Shown: positions 11,697-20,409 of the stretch, piece after piece
Position numbering within the stretch: position 1 is the stretch's first letter
Layout of the letters: every line of letters begins with the position of its first letter
IMG/VR virus record: IMGVR_UViG_3300027766_000001
Length of the DNA: 64,000 bases
Direction: 5' to 3' (one strand)
Source of the DNA: a virus
Taxonomy: Duplodnaviria > Caudoviricetes
Notes under the pieces: generated by a model
The model's input: the letters and a program-made list of their open reading frames with translations, nothing else
Told to the model about the DNA's origin: nothing
The model's database searches: none
Made by a program: the position numbers and the translations under genes

Positions 11697-12470
11697 ATGT
11701 CAAAGAAGATTGTTGTTGAGATTGAAGTCGACGTTGCCGTTATTGCCGCTAACATGAAACGCCATGGCATGGTCATGGATGGCGAGCGTGTTAACCCGCT
11801 TAAGCTCGATGAGTACCTCAAAGGTTACCTGAGCGGTGCTATGGTGTCTGGGCTCGAGCTGAACGGTAAACTCGACATGCTTAAGATCGATGTCGAAAAC
11901 TTCCTGCAGGGTAAACCGGTTAGCGACGATGCTTTCTGGCAGACCTGGAACCGTGCACAAAACAACACCACCAACACTGCGCCGTTCGAATTGACTGACG
12001 CTACGTGTAAACTGGTTAATGATCGTGAAGGCGACCAGATTGTTGCACTGCTGGGTGTCTTTGGCAAACCTAACCGCCTGGGTCACACTTACTCGGTTTA
12101 TGACAAAGCTGTGTTAATCCATCGACTGGAAAGCATGATCGGTAACGCAGTGGGTGAGATCGAAAACCCCATCACTGCCCAACTCGACCACAATTCCACC
12201 ATGGTCCGTAGCACCACGATTGATTATGAAAAATCAGCGGGTGTGTTGTTAGACTACGAAATCACCACGTTTAGCCATGAGGGTAAAGAGGTTCATGAAG
12301 TGGTAGGGTTGATCGAACCGTCTGAGAAACTTAAGCAGAAGGCCCGTAACGGTGAAAGCTGCTTCTTTGGCATTCGCTGTTTGAACGAGTTTAACAGCCC
12401 TGACGGCAAAAACCATAGTGTCACTCTCCTCGTAGCTTTTGATATTCTGCGCGAAGATCCGCGTTACTAA
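11697..12470 (+). CDS. Hypothetical protein, C-terminal half weakly like prohead-core-protease (S80) fold
   Basis: PNRLGHTY...GEIENP...TIDYEKSAG...FGIRC recalls NxNGRxY/GELGHP; His absent. Confidence 0.4.
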   Translation: MSKKIVVEIEVDVAVIAANMKRHGMVMDGERVNPLKLDEYLKGYLSGAMVSGLELNGKLDMLKIDVENFLQGKPVSDDAFWQTWNRAQNNTTNTAPFELTDATCKLVNDREGDQIVALLGVFGKPNRLGHTYSVYDKAVLIHRLESMIGNAVGEIENPITAQLDHNSTMVRSTTIDYEKSAGVLLDYEITTFSHEGKEVHEVVGLIEPSEKLKQKARNGESCFFGIRCLNEFNSPDGKNHSVTLLVAFDILREDPRY

Positions 12471-12793
12471 TGATCAGTAAACAACTCCTGAAGTTGTACT
12501 GGGCTGGGTACTTCTTCAGGCGTAAGCTTCCTTCTGGGTTGACGCTGTTTATGCTGACCGTGGTGGTGTTGCTCGGTTTCGGTATTGTTGATTGGGTTGT
12601 TAACTTTACCACTGGCTTAAACAGCGGTCCGTCGTTAGCGGATGTGTTTACCGACAAGGAATACACAGCCACTGAGACTGTTGCAGAACAGTTCTTTAAA
12701 CTCCCAGCACTGGATAACGTGTCTGGGGATAACCTGGTGAAACTCGGGATAAGAGCCGCCGCACATGAAAAGAACCAAGAACATCCGCCATGA
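12470..12793 (+). CDS. Hypothetical membrane protein
   Basis: TM segment LTLFMLTVVVLLGFGIVDWVV. Confidence 0.6.
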   Translation: MISKQLLKLYWAGYFFRRKLPSGLTLFMLTVVVLLGFGIVDWVVNFTTGLNSGPSLADVFTDKEYTATETVAEQFFKLPALDNVSGDNLVKLGIRAAAHEKNQEHPP

Positions 12794-13346
12794 CCGTTTT
12801 CGTAAGGCATGGCATTTTGGCAAGGTATCCATGATCGTGATTGCATCAACCGGCGCATTGGTTGCCTGTGATGAAGTTGCTGATCAAGATGTTGCAATGT
12901 ATAAAAACGCAGATGACTGCAGTCGAGCCCATCCGTCTGAATCTGCACAGTGCAAGTCAGCGTACGACAAAGCACTGAGTGAAGCGGATCGTACCGGTCC
13001 GAAGTACAACAGTCAAAAAGATTGTGAGCAGGACTTCTCAACCGATCAGTGTCATTACTCCAGCAGCGGGTCACACTGGATGCCGTATATGTACGGTTAC
13101 ATGTACGGAAACACTGGCAGCAGTTATGCACAGCCATTGTACTCATCAAGCCGCCCGGGTAGCCAGATGTATCGTCAAGCCTTTGATGCACAAGGCAAGA
13201 ACTACGGCAGTGCTATCTCTGGTCGTAACTTTAAAACCAGCCGTACGGCGTTTGTGAGTCGCCCTACGTCTTCTACTATTACCCGTGGTGGGTTTGGTCG
13301 CTCTGTGTCCGCACACGCGTCCTCTTCTCACTCCTCAGGAGGTTAG
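12765..13346 (+). CDS. ygiB: YgiB/DUF1190-family lipoprotein
   Basis: MKRTKNIRH..FRK.W, lipobox-like LVAC, YKNADDCS...C..AY, PKY...DC..DF...C, WMP, TITRGGFG.S...GG match enterobacterial YgiB. Confidence 0.88.
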   Translation: MKRTKNIRHDRFRKAWHFGKVSMIVIASTGALVACDEVADQDVAMYKNADDCSRAHPSESAQCKSAYDKALSEADRTGPKYNSQKDCEQDFSTDQCHYSSSGSHWMPYMYGYMYGNTGSSYAQPLYSSSRPGSQMYRQAFDAQGKNYGSAISGRNFKTSRTAFVSRPTSSTITRGGFGRSVSAHASSSHSSGG

Positions 13347-13349
13347 TCC

Positions 13350-14024
13350 ATGTTTTACCCTTACCCGTTGGAAAGTAAAAAGCAACAATCAAAACGCACC
13401 AAGAAACTGTTTAACCGGTTCCTTAAGCACACAGATCACAATCGCACGTTCAACCACAAACAATGGAAGAACTGGCTTAATGGCGATAGTCTTGAAGGCA
13501 ATGACTATGTTCACACCTGGAAGGTGCGTGAGTCCTACATTCCGCGTTATGGGTTTGCAATCATCACAACAGAAGTGGTCAGTCGCCTTGCCACGTTCAT
13601 GCGTGGTAAACGCGTGCTGGATAGTGGTGCGGGCGCTGGTTACCTAAGTAACTGTTTACGTAATCGTGGCATTAAGGTTACAGCCATCGATAATTGGTCA
13701 CACAGTTACGCCAGCTGGGGTAGTTTCAAAAGAGTCAGCAGCAATGTCATTGATTGTGATGTTCGTGATCACGATGTCGCGCAGTATGACGTGATTATCC
13801 TGAGCTGGCCGCATGATGGCATGGAGGCCCTCAGCAAGATGGTCTCTGGTCAATATCTCATCTATCAAGGTGAAAGCGCGTACGGTGCTACCGGCAGTGA
13901 GGAGTTCTTCGCAACGTTAGAAGAGTCTGGTCAGTTTGAAGAAATTGATGCGGGATTCTTAAACGAGTATGCATTGCAGTTCGACGGCATCCACGACTAC
14001 TGGAATGTCTACAAAAAGAAATAA
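13350..14024 (+). CDS. Class I SAM-dependent methyltransferase-like protein
   Basis: VLDSGAGAGY motif I, AID motif II, LSWP. Confidence 0.75.
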   Translation: MFYPYPLESKKQQSKRTKKLFNRFLKHTDHNRTFNHKQWKNWLNGDSLEGNDYVHTWKVRESYIPRYGFAIITTEVVSRLATFMRGKRVLDSGAGAGYLSNCLRNRGIKVTAIDNWSHSYASWGSFKRVSSNVIDCDVRDHDVAQYDVIILSWPHDGMEALSKMVSGQYLIYQGESAYGATGSEEFFATLEESGQFEEIDAGFLNEYALQFDGIHDYWNVYKKK

Positions 14025-14064
14025 CCACACTCAACGGGGCAATTGAGTCCCAGAGGAAAATACC

Positions 14065-14742
14065 ATGAATTCATCTTTACGTGTTATTAATCGTTCGTTT
14101 TCTATTGAAATGGTCAATGCACTGACCCAAATGCTGACCGTCAAGTGCAGCGAGAACCACCTTGAAGGGTTGGCGCAGTTTATCCGTTTCAATAACCTTG
14201 GGTTCAAAAGCATCTTCTCCAAACAGGCGTTTCTGGTAACCCCGCACAAAGTGCGTGTCGAAACAGCGGTAATGGAATCCACCCACGGTAAGATCTATTG
14301 GGAGCTGCGTGACGGTATTGTCGAGCTTTACCCAATGGGTCGTTTCGGTGATCTGCGTTTTACGTTAACGCTCGAGCACCTGTGTGAAATCCTGATGCGG
14401 GAAACCGAGCTCAAACGCTGGGACGACTTCCGTATCGCCAGCATGGGTCTCGATGGACGGGTGATCTACTTCTATTCGCATCTGATGTTTGATGACCACA
14501 TCACCATTACCGACCGTGAAACCTTCTACATTGAACTGAGTGAAGGCATGGGTGGTAACTGGATCTGCGAAGAACATTTCTGCACCGAAGAGATGCGTGC
14601 AATGTTGGCGGAACAGCAGAACACCGGCCCGAGTTATTACCTCAGTAACGACGGCCAGTCAGTGCTGACGCGCAAACTCGACAGCGTCATGAAACAGTTT
14701 AAAACCGTGGCTGATATCAAAGCCCATTTCCACGTAAGCTAA
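14065..14742 (+). CDS. Hypothetical protein
   Basis: 225 aa, GAGGA RBS. Confidence 0.75.
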   Translation: MNSSLRVINRSFSIEMVNALTQMLTVKCSENHLEGLAQFIRFNNLGFKSIFSKQAFLVTPHKVRVETAVMESTHGKIYWELRDGIVELYPMGRFGDLRFTLTLEHLCEILMRETELKRWDDFRIASMGLDGRVIYFYSHLMFDDHITITDRETFYIELSEGMGGNWICEEHFCTEEMRAMLAEQQNTGPSYYLSNDGQSVLTRKLDSVMKQFKTVADIKAHFHVS

Positions 14743-14752
14743 GGGGTCAGTC

Positions 14753-15034
14753 ATGTTAGAGTTATTATTATGGGTAGTCATCCTGTTCGGTGTTTTCGTC
14801 TTCTACCGTGGTGCGTGCGCTATCAGCCCCATGGTTATCCTGCTGGGTGCCGCAATTATCTTTGTGGGTAATAGCGGGCTTAACCGTCAAGAAGCCGAGT
14901 CAACCTGTGAAGCTATCCAACGCTTGGGCGGTAGTGCCGCCTATGACAATGGGAAGTGCCTGATCAAAGACAGTGCAGGTGTTTCCTTCGATCGCGATAA
15001 CGAGCGTTTCATTATCATTAATAAGGACAAGTAA
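14753..15034 (+). CDS. Hypothetical membrane protein
   Basis: Two N-terminal hydrophobic segments. Confidence 0.7.
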   Translation: MLELLLWVVILFGVFVFYRGACAISPMVILLGAAIIFVGNSGLNRQEAESTCEAIQRLGGSAAYDNGKCLIKDSAGVSFDRDNERFIIINKDK

Positions 15035-15038
15035 CCGC

Positions 15039-15224
15039 GTGGGTACGATCGTCAATCTGTTTGGTAAATTCCGCAGTCGTTGGGCTAAGTATCATGCACA
15101 GCGTCTGCGCGAACTGCGTCACTGTCAATTCAACGGTAACCCAGTGGAATGGTTCACTGGGCCTGAAACTATCATTTACCTGGACGAGAACGGCAAGCCT
15201 GAGCGCACCGTCGTCGTTCACTAA
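15039..15224 (+). CDS. Small hypothetical protein
   Basis: GTG start, AAGGA upstream; fills gap between neighbours. Confidence 0.45.
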   Translation: MGTIVNLFGKFRSRWAKYHAQRLRELRHCQFNGNPVEWFTGPETIIYLDENGKPERTVVVH

Positions 15225-15237
15225 CGAGACAATCCTC

Positions 15238-15555
15238 ATGGGACAAAACACACAGCAGTACAGTCGTCTGGTAGACATCGCCGTAGAAGCGAACCCTGGC
15301 GACCTGATCCGTCACTCATCCTGGCGTGAGGGACAGACGGTCACCTGTTCAACCGAGTTCTTGCGTGGCTACGGTAACTATCCGCATGCTGCTCGGGCCG
15401 CTGAAGGTCTGAACAACTGGCCGGCTATCCGTAACGTCAAAGACGGTTACTGGACGTTTGCCGGTAAGTACCCGCGTACCCGCATCGAACCACGTCGCCC
15501 TTCGCGTTCGTGGATCAACAACGTACCTCCAATGGAAGGTGCGAAAGCGCTCTAA
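15238..15555 (+). CDS. Hypothetical protein
   Basis: ATG 15238 after GAG; 3' part of track ORF 15061-15555. Confidence 0.6.
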   Translation: MGQNTQQYSRLVDIAVEANPGDLIRHSSWREGQTVTCSTEFLRGYGNYPHAARAAEGLNNWPAIRNVKDGYWTFAGKYPRTRIEPRRPSRSWINNVPPMEGAKAL

Positions 15556-15556
15556 G

Positions 15557-15608
15557 CGTCATAAACCAGGTAGGCGCCCTTGCGGGCACCTACCTGGGTC
15601 TTATGCCG
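15557..15608. terminator. Bidirectional terminator with CATAA/TTATG boxes
   Basis: CGTCATAA-CCAGGTAGG...CCTACCTGG-TTATGCCG between convergent genes. Confidence 0.75.
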
Positions 15609-16014
15609 GTCTAACCAATAAATCAGGCACCACGACGAGATTCGGTGGAAGTTCAGCGTGACTGTCTAATGACGGTCTGCCAAACACCCGCACGAACCAG
15701 TACATGGGCCACCAATAACTTGCACCCAAGCCACAGCGCTGAATGTTCTTCTTGAACAGCCAGTCCGCATCGGCCTTTGTCCCGACGCCCCGAATTGCTA
15801 ACAGATACATGTAATCGTGCACAACACACGCTGGCAGGTATTTGTAGTAAGGTGGGAATAAGGACCATAACACACGAGGGATAGTACCGCCGTCAGTGAT
15901 TAACCCCTTCGGTACAATTACTTCCGGAGTTACATAATCTTCAGTCAGCTGGAAACGATCACGGTGATTCAAGTACAGCAATGGAATATTGGGTAACACA
16001 ACGTTATCTGACAT
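15601..16014 (-). CDS. DUF1353-family protein
   Basis: VPKGLITDGGTIPRVLWS...ACVVHDYMY...ADWLF; start 16014 after GGGGA. Confidence 0.85.
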   Translation of the reverse strand: MSDNVVLPNIPLLYLNHRDRFQLTEDYVTPEVIVPKGLITDGGTIPRVLWSLFPPYYKYLPACVVHDYMYLLAIRGVGTKADADWLFKKNIQRCGLGASYWWPMYWFVRVFGRPSLDSHAELPPNLVVVPDLLVRPA

Positions 16015-16061
16015 GATCCATCCCCTATTCGTATTACATACCATTTTTAGGAGACCGCTCC

Positions 16062-16502
16062 ATGTCTACAGTTAAATTTGTCACTGACCGTATTTTAAAC
16101 GGTTTAGGTTCTAACCCGATCCATCACCAGTCTCTGTTAATTAATACCATCGAGGACTCATCTTTTGGGTCTGTCAGAGTTATCATGTTTATCATGCGTG
16201 TTGCCGACAACGATTTCAACGCAGAAATGTACGAACGTCGTATCCTGCAAGAGATGGAAGCAAAGCATATTTACGTGGCATTTCACAAGACACGTCGCCA
16301 CGAAGGTGAACGTCTTATCACGGTTGCTAAGGCACTGGAACCCAACCACCACAACTACACGCCAGGTAACCTTAAAGGGTTTACCAAGCTCTGGTTAATC
16401 AAAGCCACCGATGCTGAGCGTGCGGTTGCCGAGATTCGTCGTAAGCGTGCAGCTGAAGCACCACGGGCAGGCCGGGAGAGTATCACTATCGGTCGCCGTT
16501 AA
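16062..16502 (+). CDS. Hypothetical protein
   Basis: AGGAG RBS, 146 aa. Confidence 0.7.
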   Translation: MSTVKFVTDRILNGLGSNPIHHQSLLINTIEDSSFGSVRVIMFIMRVADNDFNAEMYERRILQEMEAKHIYVAFHKTRRHEGERLITVAKALEPNHHNYTPGNLKGFTKLWLIKATDAERAVAEIRRKRAAEAPRAGRESITIGRR

Positions 16503-16510
16503 GGAGGGCT

Positions 16511-16669
16511 ATGTTTCTCATGATGATTGTTGTCGTGGTGGTAATGCTCGCAGCTGCTTACAAGCTGGCAGGGTGTTTCGATCTTAACCGCACGGCAACA
16601 ACGTTTCTCATTTTCCTGGTGATGCTGTTTATGCTCACCGCTTTTATCCGTGCTCTAATGTTTGTATAA
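16511..16669 (+). CDS. Small two-TM protein (52 aa, not in ORF track)
   Basis: AAGGAGG RBS; MFLMMIVVVVVMLAAAYKL...LMFV. Confidence 0.65.
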   Translation: MFLMMIVVVVVMLAAAYKLAGCFDLNRTATTFLIFLVMLFMLTAFIRALMFV

Positions 16670-16678
16670 GGACCTACT

Positions 16679-17260
16679 ATGCCGAACGTATCTGAAGTAA
16701 AGAGTAAAACCATTGGCGCAGCCGTGCTGAAGTTAATTGGTGGTGAGTCCATCACGATCTTCCAGCCAAACAAAGAACTCAAACTGGTTGATTTCATGGC
16801 ACCGCCAGCTATGGGTGATGACCTGCCAGGCTGGGGGTCGGCTATCATGCGTGTGAATGTGGATGACTTCCCCTCGAGTGTGTACGTAGAATTGGTTGAT
16901 GCACGCTGCCGTGAGTTGTTTGGGTTCGGTCTCAAACGCACCGGCAATAGTGTCGCCTTGACCAAACCGGTCAAGCCACGGGGTTATCACGATGGTTACT
17001 CTTACACCACCGACAAAGACGGTCGTATGATGCTCATCGGTGACTACGCGCATGAACTCAATGTGGTTTACATGAAGCTACTGGATGAGCCGATGGAATT
17101 GCGTCATCGTGATGATTACCAGTGTGTCCAGAACCGCTCAGCCATTATTTACGTGAATGACTTGCGTAAAATTGCTGAGTGGTGCGGTGACACTGTATCA
17201 ATCCATCAAGGCATGGTTCACATTACCCCTGCTTATACCGGTGAGGGGCGATCTGAATGA
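16679..17260 (+). CDS. Hypothetical protein
   Basis: AAGGA RBS, 193 aa. Confidence 0.75.
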   Translation: MPNVSEVKSKTIGAAVLKLIGGESITIFQPNKELKLVDFMAPPAMGDDLPGWGSAIMRVNVDDFPSSVYVELVDARCRELFGFGLKRTGNSVALTKPVKPRGYHDGYSYTTDKDGRMMLIGDYAHELNVVYMKLLDEPMELRHRDDYQCVQNRSAIIYVNDLRKIAEWCGDTVSIHQGMVHITPAYTGEGRSE

Positions 17261-17793
17261 TGTTCACCATTCAACACATTGCCGCATTCGTCACGATGCT
17301 GTTGCGTGGGCCACCGCGTGAAGTACTCAACTGTGCCGAAGACAAACAGAAGATCATCGATGCGTTTAAAGCCAATCAGCTTTTTTACGCTGACGTAGGT
17401 GGTGTGTCATTTACGTCTGACATGCAAGCCCTCTGGGTGGACTCGGTGCAGTACCTGAACGAGGGTCGTGTGCCGCCTTTAGAGATCATGCTCAAGCACG
17501 AGTTCGTGGGGTTGTTTGCACACTGGTTCTGGACGACACTGCAACGTCTAGGTGAGGACGATTACTTCGCTACCCCACCGATGCATTATACCCAGGACGT
17601 CGTCGATGCAATGAATGCCAAGACGGTAGAAGAAGGTTGGCTGATTGCTTTCATCTTACCGTATCTGCATTACGAGCATGACCGTATCCTTGCTGAACGT
17701 ATCAAAATAGAAAAGGTGCTAAAGCGTGAGCCTGTAGCGCGCGCAGCATTTCCCTTCCTTGGTACTCTGTACCACAACAACGACCAGGAGTAG
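17257..17793 (+). CDS. Hypothetical protein
   Basis: ATGA overlap, 178 aa. Confidence 0.7.
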   Translation: MMFTIQHIAAFVTMLLRGPPREVLNCAEDKQKIIDAFKANQLFYADVGGVSFTSDMQALWVDSVQYLNEGRVPPLEIMLKHEFVGLFAHWFWTTLQRLGEDDYFATPPMHYTQDVVDAMNAKTVEEGWLIAFILPYLHYEHDRILAERIKIEKVLKREPVARAAFPFLGTLYHNNDQE

Positions 17794-17795
17794 CC

Positions 17796-17975
17796 ATGCT
17801 TTCGTTTGCGTTAGCATTTGTATTAATTGTGTTAGCCACTGCATTAGTGTTAAGTCGTATACTGGTGTCACGCCAATCCACCCGTAGCATGCTTGCCTGG
17901 ATCATTGTGTTGATGGCGATGATGGTGGGCTTTGGCATGTGGCTGGGTGAGTTAATGAATCTGCAGCTTTTGTAA
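17796..17975 (+). CDS. Small two-TM protein (59 aa, not in ORF track)
   Basis: AGGAG RBS; MLSFALAFVLIVLATALVLSR...LMNLQLL. Confidence 0.65.
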   Translation: MLSFALAFVLIVLATALVLSRILVSRQSTRSMLAWIIVLMAMMVGFGMWLGELMNLQLL

Positions 17976-17992
17976 TCCAGATATTTTCACAG

Positions 17993-18011
17993 CTACATTA
18001 CTAAGGTGTAT
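17993..18011 (+). promoter_or_regulatory. Early promoter
   Basis: CTACATTACTAAGGTGTAT. Confidence 0.7.
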
Positions 18012-18051
18012 CTGTGTAAAATAATTAACCTTTACTTGTGAGGAACACCCT

Positions 18052-18270
18052 ATGACTCAGTTAATCGCTGCGGTAATGATCTTAGTATTTGCTGGTAGTT
18101 TCACCTGCTTCAGTTATACCAGCATGGGTTGGCGTTCGGTGCGTGATAACGACCGTCGCTACTCCGTTGCCTGGTGGTTTACCTCAGTCGGGGTAATCTG
18201 CACAATCATCGCCATTATGGCATTCGCTATGACCCTGCGCACTGCGTTAGGGCTACCACCGCACCCGTAA
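18052..18270 (+). CDS. Small two-TM protein
   Basis: GAGGA RBS with leader motif; two hydrophobic segments. Confidence 0.7.
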   Translation: MTQLIAAVMILVFAGSFTCFSYTSMGWRSVRDNDRRYSVAWWFTSVGVICTIIAIMAFAMTLRTALGLPPHP

Positions 18271-18342
18271 GCAGTCCCGTTGTAAACCTTAACATTCTTT
18301 ATACTTCATATACCTGTTAGACCAATAAACCGGAGAACCACC

Positions 18343-18930
18343 ATGACCACAACTACTACTACTACTTCAACTCAGACTACCGCTGACCAGAACAAAGCCG
18401 AACCGCATCTGCGTGACCTGTCTATCACTATCGACGGTCTGAACGCGCTGGACATTCAAGTCGGTGGTGCTGGCGCCTGGGCTCCTCGTCTGACGGTACA
18501 GCTGTCGGGTGACCAGGGTCTGGATGATAACACCAACGGTCGTAAAGTGTTCCTGAACGCAGCCGGCTTCCTGCGTGCTGCGCTGTTCAACGATGGCGTG
18601 ACCGTTGAGACCGACGGTCAGAAAGTGAACCACAACTTCGTACCGCACGCGAACATCAGCCGCGACGACCTCGACGCAGATATCAAGCGTGCCGTGTCGC
18701 TGGCTAATACTGCTATCGAAGGTCTGGAAGAAGCCTACCGCACCGCCGGTAATGGTCCGGACGAGCTGGTCTATGTGAACGGTTCGCTGCTCATCAAAAT
18801 CGCGCAGGTTGACTTCGACCTGGTAGAGAAAAAGCTCGGTCTGAAAGTCGACGGCAACAACATCTCTGTTGACGGCCTCGATGTGCGCAACACCACGGTC
18901 TTCCGTGATGGCGAGCAGCAGCCGCAGTAA
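18343..18930 (+). CDS. Hypothetical protein, Thr-rich N-terminus
   Basis: GGAG RBS; codon usage typical of a highly expressed gene. Confidence 0.8.
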   Translation: MTTTTTTTSTQTTADQNKAEPHLRDLSITIDGLNALDIQVGGAGAWAPRLTVQLSGDQGLDDNTNGRKVFLNAAGFLRAALFNDGVTVETDGQKVNHNFVPHANISRDDLDADIKRAVSLANTAIEGLEEAYRTAGNGPDELVYVNGSLLIKIAQVDFDLVEKKLGLKVDGNNISVDGLDVRNTTVFRDGEQQPQ

Positions 18931-18968
18931 GTCATAAGGCCTGGGTTCGTCCCAGGCTTTTTCTTTTA
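18931..18968 (+). terminator. Intrinsic terminator
   Basis: GTCATAA then GCCTGGG-ttcgt-CCCAGGC and T-run. Confidence 0.75.
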
Positions 18969-18992
18969 TCCTTTACCCGTAGGAGTAGTGAA

Positions 18993-19268
18993 ATGGACAG
19001 AACGCAAAACACTAACGTAGAAAAGAAGTCGGTCGGATTAAGTGATGCCACACTACTTAACTATCAGATGCTGGAGCTGAGACAAGCAATTGGTGACTAT
19101 GACGTAATTATTCGTCAACTGTCTGACTCTGGATTGCGTAATCCTAAACGTGGTGCTGACCCTGATTTGTTAAGAGCACGTGACACGGTGCGTAAACGTA
19201 TCAGTGAACTGGCGTCACCCGCGTTGCTTTTAAAGCTTCTCGATTTGGCTGAGGTAAGTAGCAAATGA
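18993..19268 (+). CDS. Hypothetical protein
   Basis: AGGAG RBS. Confidence 0.65.
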   Translation: MDRTQNTNVEKKSVGLSDATLLNYQMLELRQAIGDYDVIIRQLSDSGLRNPKRGADPDLLRARDTVRKRISELASPALLLKLLDLAEVSSK

Positions 19269-19597
19269 ACAACGCCGTTACCTTTAACGACTCTGCGTCG
19301 AAAGCGGTCAAGACCTTGCTGGACAACCTGGTGCTGGCCCGTGCGTCTGCTATCTCCCACGGTGGTCAGCCTAACCGGGCAATTCGCAATTGCTGTCGAG
19401 AGATCGTGAACGCCCGTAAAGAACCTGAGCAGGTGTTGGCGGTTGCACGTCACATTGCCAACAAGCATCTGTGTGAGCACGAGCTTTTGAAAGTGGTTGA
19501 AACATTTAACCAACTCGCAACCGGTGAACTGGAAGTGGTCATTGAAGGTGTGTTACATACACCGACCAAAGACGCCCCACAGATCATCGGATCTTGA
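19265..19597 (+). CDS. Hypothetical protein
   Basis: ATGA overlap; GAGGT RBS. Confidence 0.65.
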   Translation: MNNAVTFNDSASKAVKTLLDNLVLARASAISHGGQPNRAIRNCCREIVNARKEPEQVLAVARHIANKHLCEHELLKVVETFNQLATGELEVVIEGVLHTPTKDAPQIIGS

Positions 19598-19609
19598 TAT
19601 GTTATACGT

Positions 19610-19636
19610 GAGGAACTTCGGTTCCTCTTTTTTTTT
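19610..19636 (+). terminator. Intrinsic terminator
   Basis: GAGGAAC-ttcg-GTTCCTC plus long T-run. Confidence 0.85.
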
Positions 19637-19652
19637 GTTTAAGGAATCCACT

Positions 19653-20315
19653 ATGACTGACGTAACCAAGCCTGTGTTTAAACAGGAGCTCTTCACCCAG
19701 GTGTTCATCAACGGCGCACGCTTTGACCCAATCAGCGTTGGTCTGAGCGACCAAACCCAGCGCGATGATAATCCTGAGCAGCTGGATTTCGTTAAAGCGG
19801 TTGAGCTGCTGAGAAGTGCCTACGTGCATCGTCACAATCCTGTGCGTGACAAACTGATCATCATGGGTATGCTCGACACCATCATGGCTGAGCTGCCGAC
19901 GGGTAACTTGAACTATAACCGCAGTATCTCACTGGGTGATGTGGTCCTGCATTACGGTGTGGCGCTGCGTAAAGCCCCGCCGGCCAATGTTATACCAGAT
20001 GAAGTTAAACCGGAACGTAAGCGCGGTGAAATCCCAGGCATCATTCCAGCTAATGAGTTTGGTGAAACGCTTACCGACGACATCCCCTGGGATCCGGTTC
20101 AGGCCGAACACGAAGCTGTACTCCAGCAACAATACGAAAGAGAGGAAAAAGAAATGTCAGGTAACACCCCTGCCGCTGATGGCGATTTTAACATCGATGC
20201 ACTGAGCGCACTGGATCTGGAAGCAGCTGAGAAAGTTGCCGAAGAGAAACAAGCCGGTGGTGGCGAAGTCGTTGAAGCCTCTAACGAGTGCGATGGCGGC
20301 GGTTGCAAGATCTAA
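19653..20315 (+). CDS. Hypothetical protein with acidic tail ending CDGGGCKI
   Basis: Start 19653 after AAGGA; C-terminus resembles ribonucleotide reductase alpha redox tail. Confidence 0.75.
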   Translation: MTDVTKPVFKQELFTQVFINGARFDPISVGLSDQTQRDDNPEQLDFVKAVELLRSAYVHRHNPVRDKLIIMGMLDTIMAELPTGNLNYNRSISLGDVVLHYGVALRKAPPANVIPDEVKPERKRGEIPGIIPANEFGETLTDDIPWDPVQAEHEAVLQQQYEREEKEMSGNTPAADGDFNIDALSALDLEAAEKVAEEKQAGGGEVVEASNECDGGGCKI

Positions 20316-20321
20316 ACATAC

Positions 20322-20351
20322 GGGCCAGACTTCGGTCTGGCTCTTATGCCG
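20322..20351 (+). terminator. Hairpin + TTATGCCG
   Basis: GGGCCAGAC-ttcg-GTCTGGCTC-TTATGCCG. Confidence 0.75.
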
Positions 20352-20409
20352 GTCAATGGTATGAACACTACGTTCACTACACTTAACTTGTTTACTAAGC
20401 GGAGACATC

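Noticed and set aside
15601-16014. Lone minus-strand DUF1353 gene as a mobile insertion
   Set aside because: It has native-type terminator and promoter boxes and no target duplication; DUF1353 is common in phages.
18346-18370. ACT trinucleotide run
   Set aside because: Short in-frame Thr tract; length changes would not shift the frame.
19497-19652. Longer start for the 272-aa ORF
   Set aside because: It crosses a strong terminator with a T-run; ATG 19653 has an RBS.
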